Shown in pieces: positions 63,907 through 64,000 of a DNA stretch of 64,000 nt (positions are counted from its first letter, which is position 1; each line of letters begins with the position of its first letter). This stretch comes from Octopus sinensis (Eukaryota). The translations under genes and the position numbers were made by a program. A model generated the notes under the pieces. That model was not told where the DNA came from and did not search any database. It was given only the letters and a program-made list of their open reading frames with translations. The stretch lies in assembly GCF_006345805.1 (NCBI RefSeq), contig NC_043011.1, positions 48,124,464-48,188,463 of the forward strand, read 5' to 3'.

Positions 63907-64000
63907 TGTGTTTGTGTGTGTCTGTGTGTGTGTGTAAGTGCCTTTGGAAGTGGGTGTATTTTGGGTCAGGTATGATTGGTAGAGTATCAATCTCGAAATA

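Overview
AT-rich, repeat-saturated eukaryotic DNA with no recognisable host protein-coding gene, tRNA/rRNA gene or CRISPR array. The repeat families and the dense (TA)n/(CA)n/(ATT)n/(GAT)n/(AGAT)n tracts look to me like an Octopus (coleoid cephalopod) genome, probably a large intron or intergenic region; that assignment is from recognition, not a search. Almost all long ORFs in the track are microsatellite or SINE artefacts. Real coding remnants are all decayed transposon pieces: mariner DD34D-type, maT-like DD37D, CR1, an L2/CR1-like LINE, RTE, Dong/R4 and two Penelope-like RT fragments. Non-coding elements include about 20 copies of one tRNA-headed SINE (my label SINE-A), about a dozen of a second (SINE-B), modular SINEs (SINE-D), RTE 3' ends, two Helitrons and several MITE/fold-back elements. 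Family labels are working names and most repeat boundaries are approximate (+/-10-20 nt). The most interesting signal is a family present three times in which a tRNA-like Pol III head, an (AAT)n spacer and a minimal type-I hammerhead ribozyme motif form one unit arranged as a head-to-head inverted pair, resembling a SINE-like element mobilised by Penelope-like retroelements.
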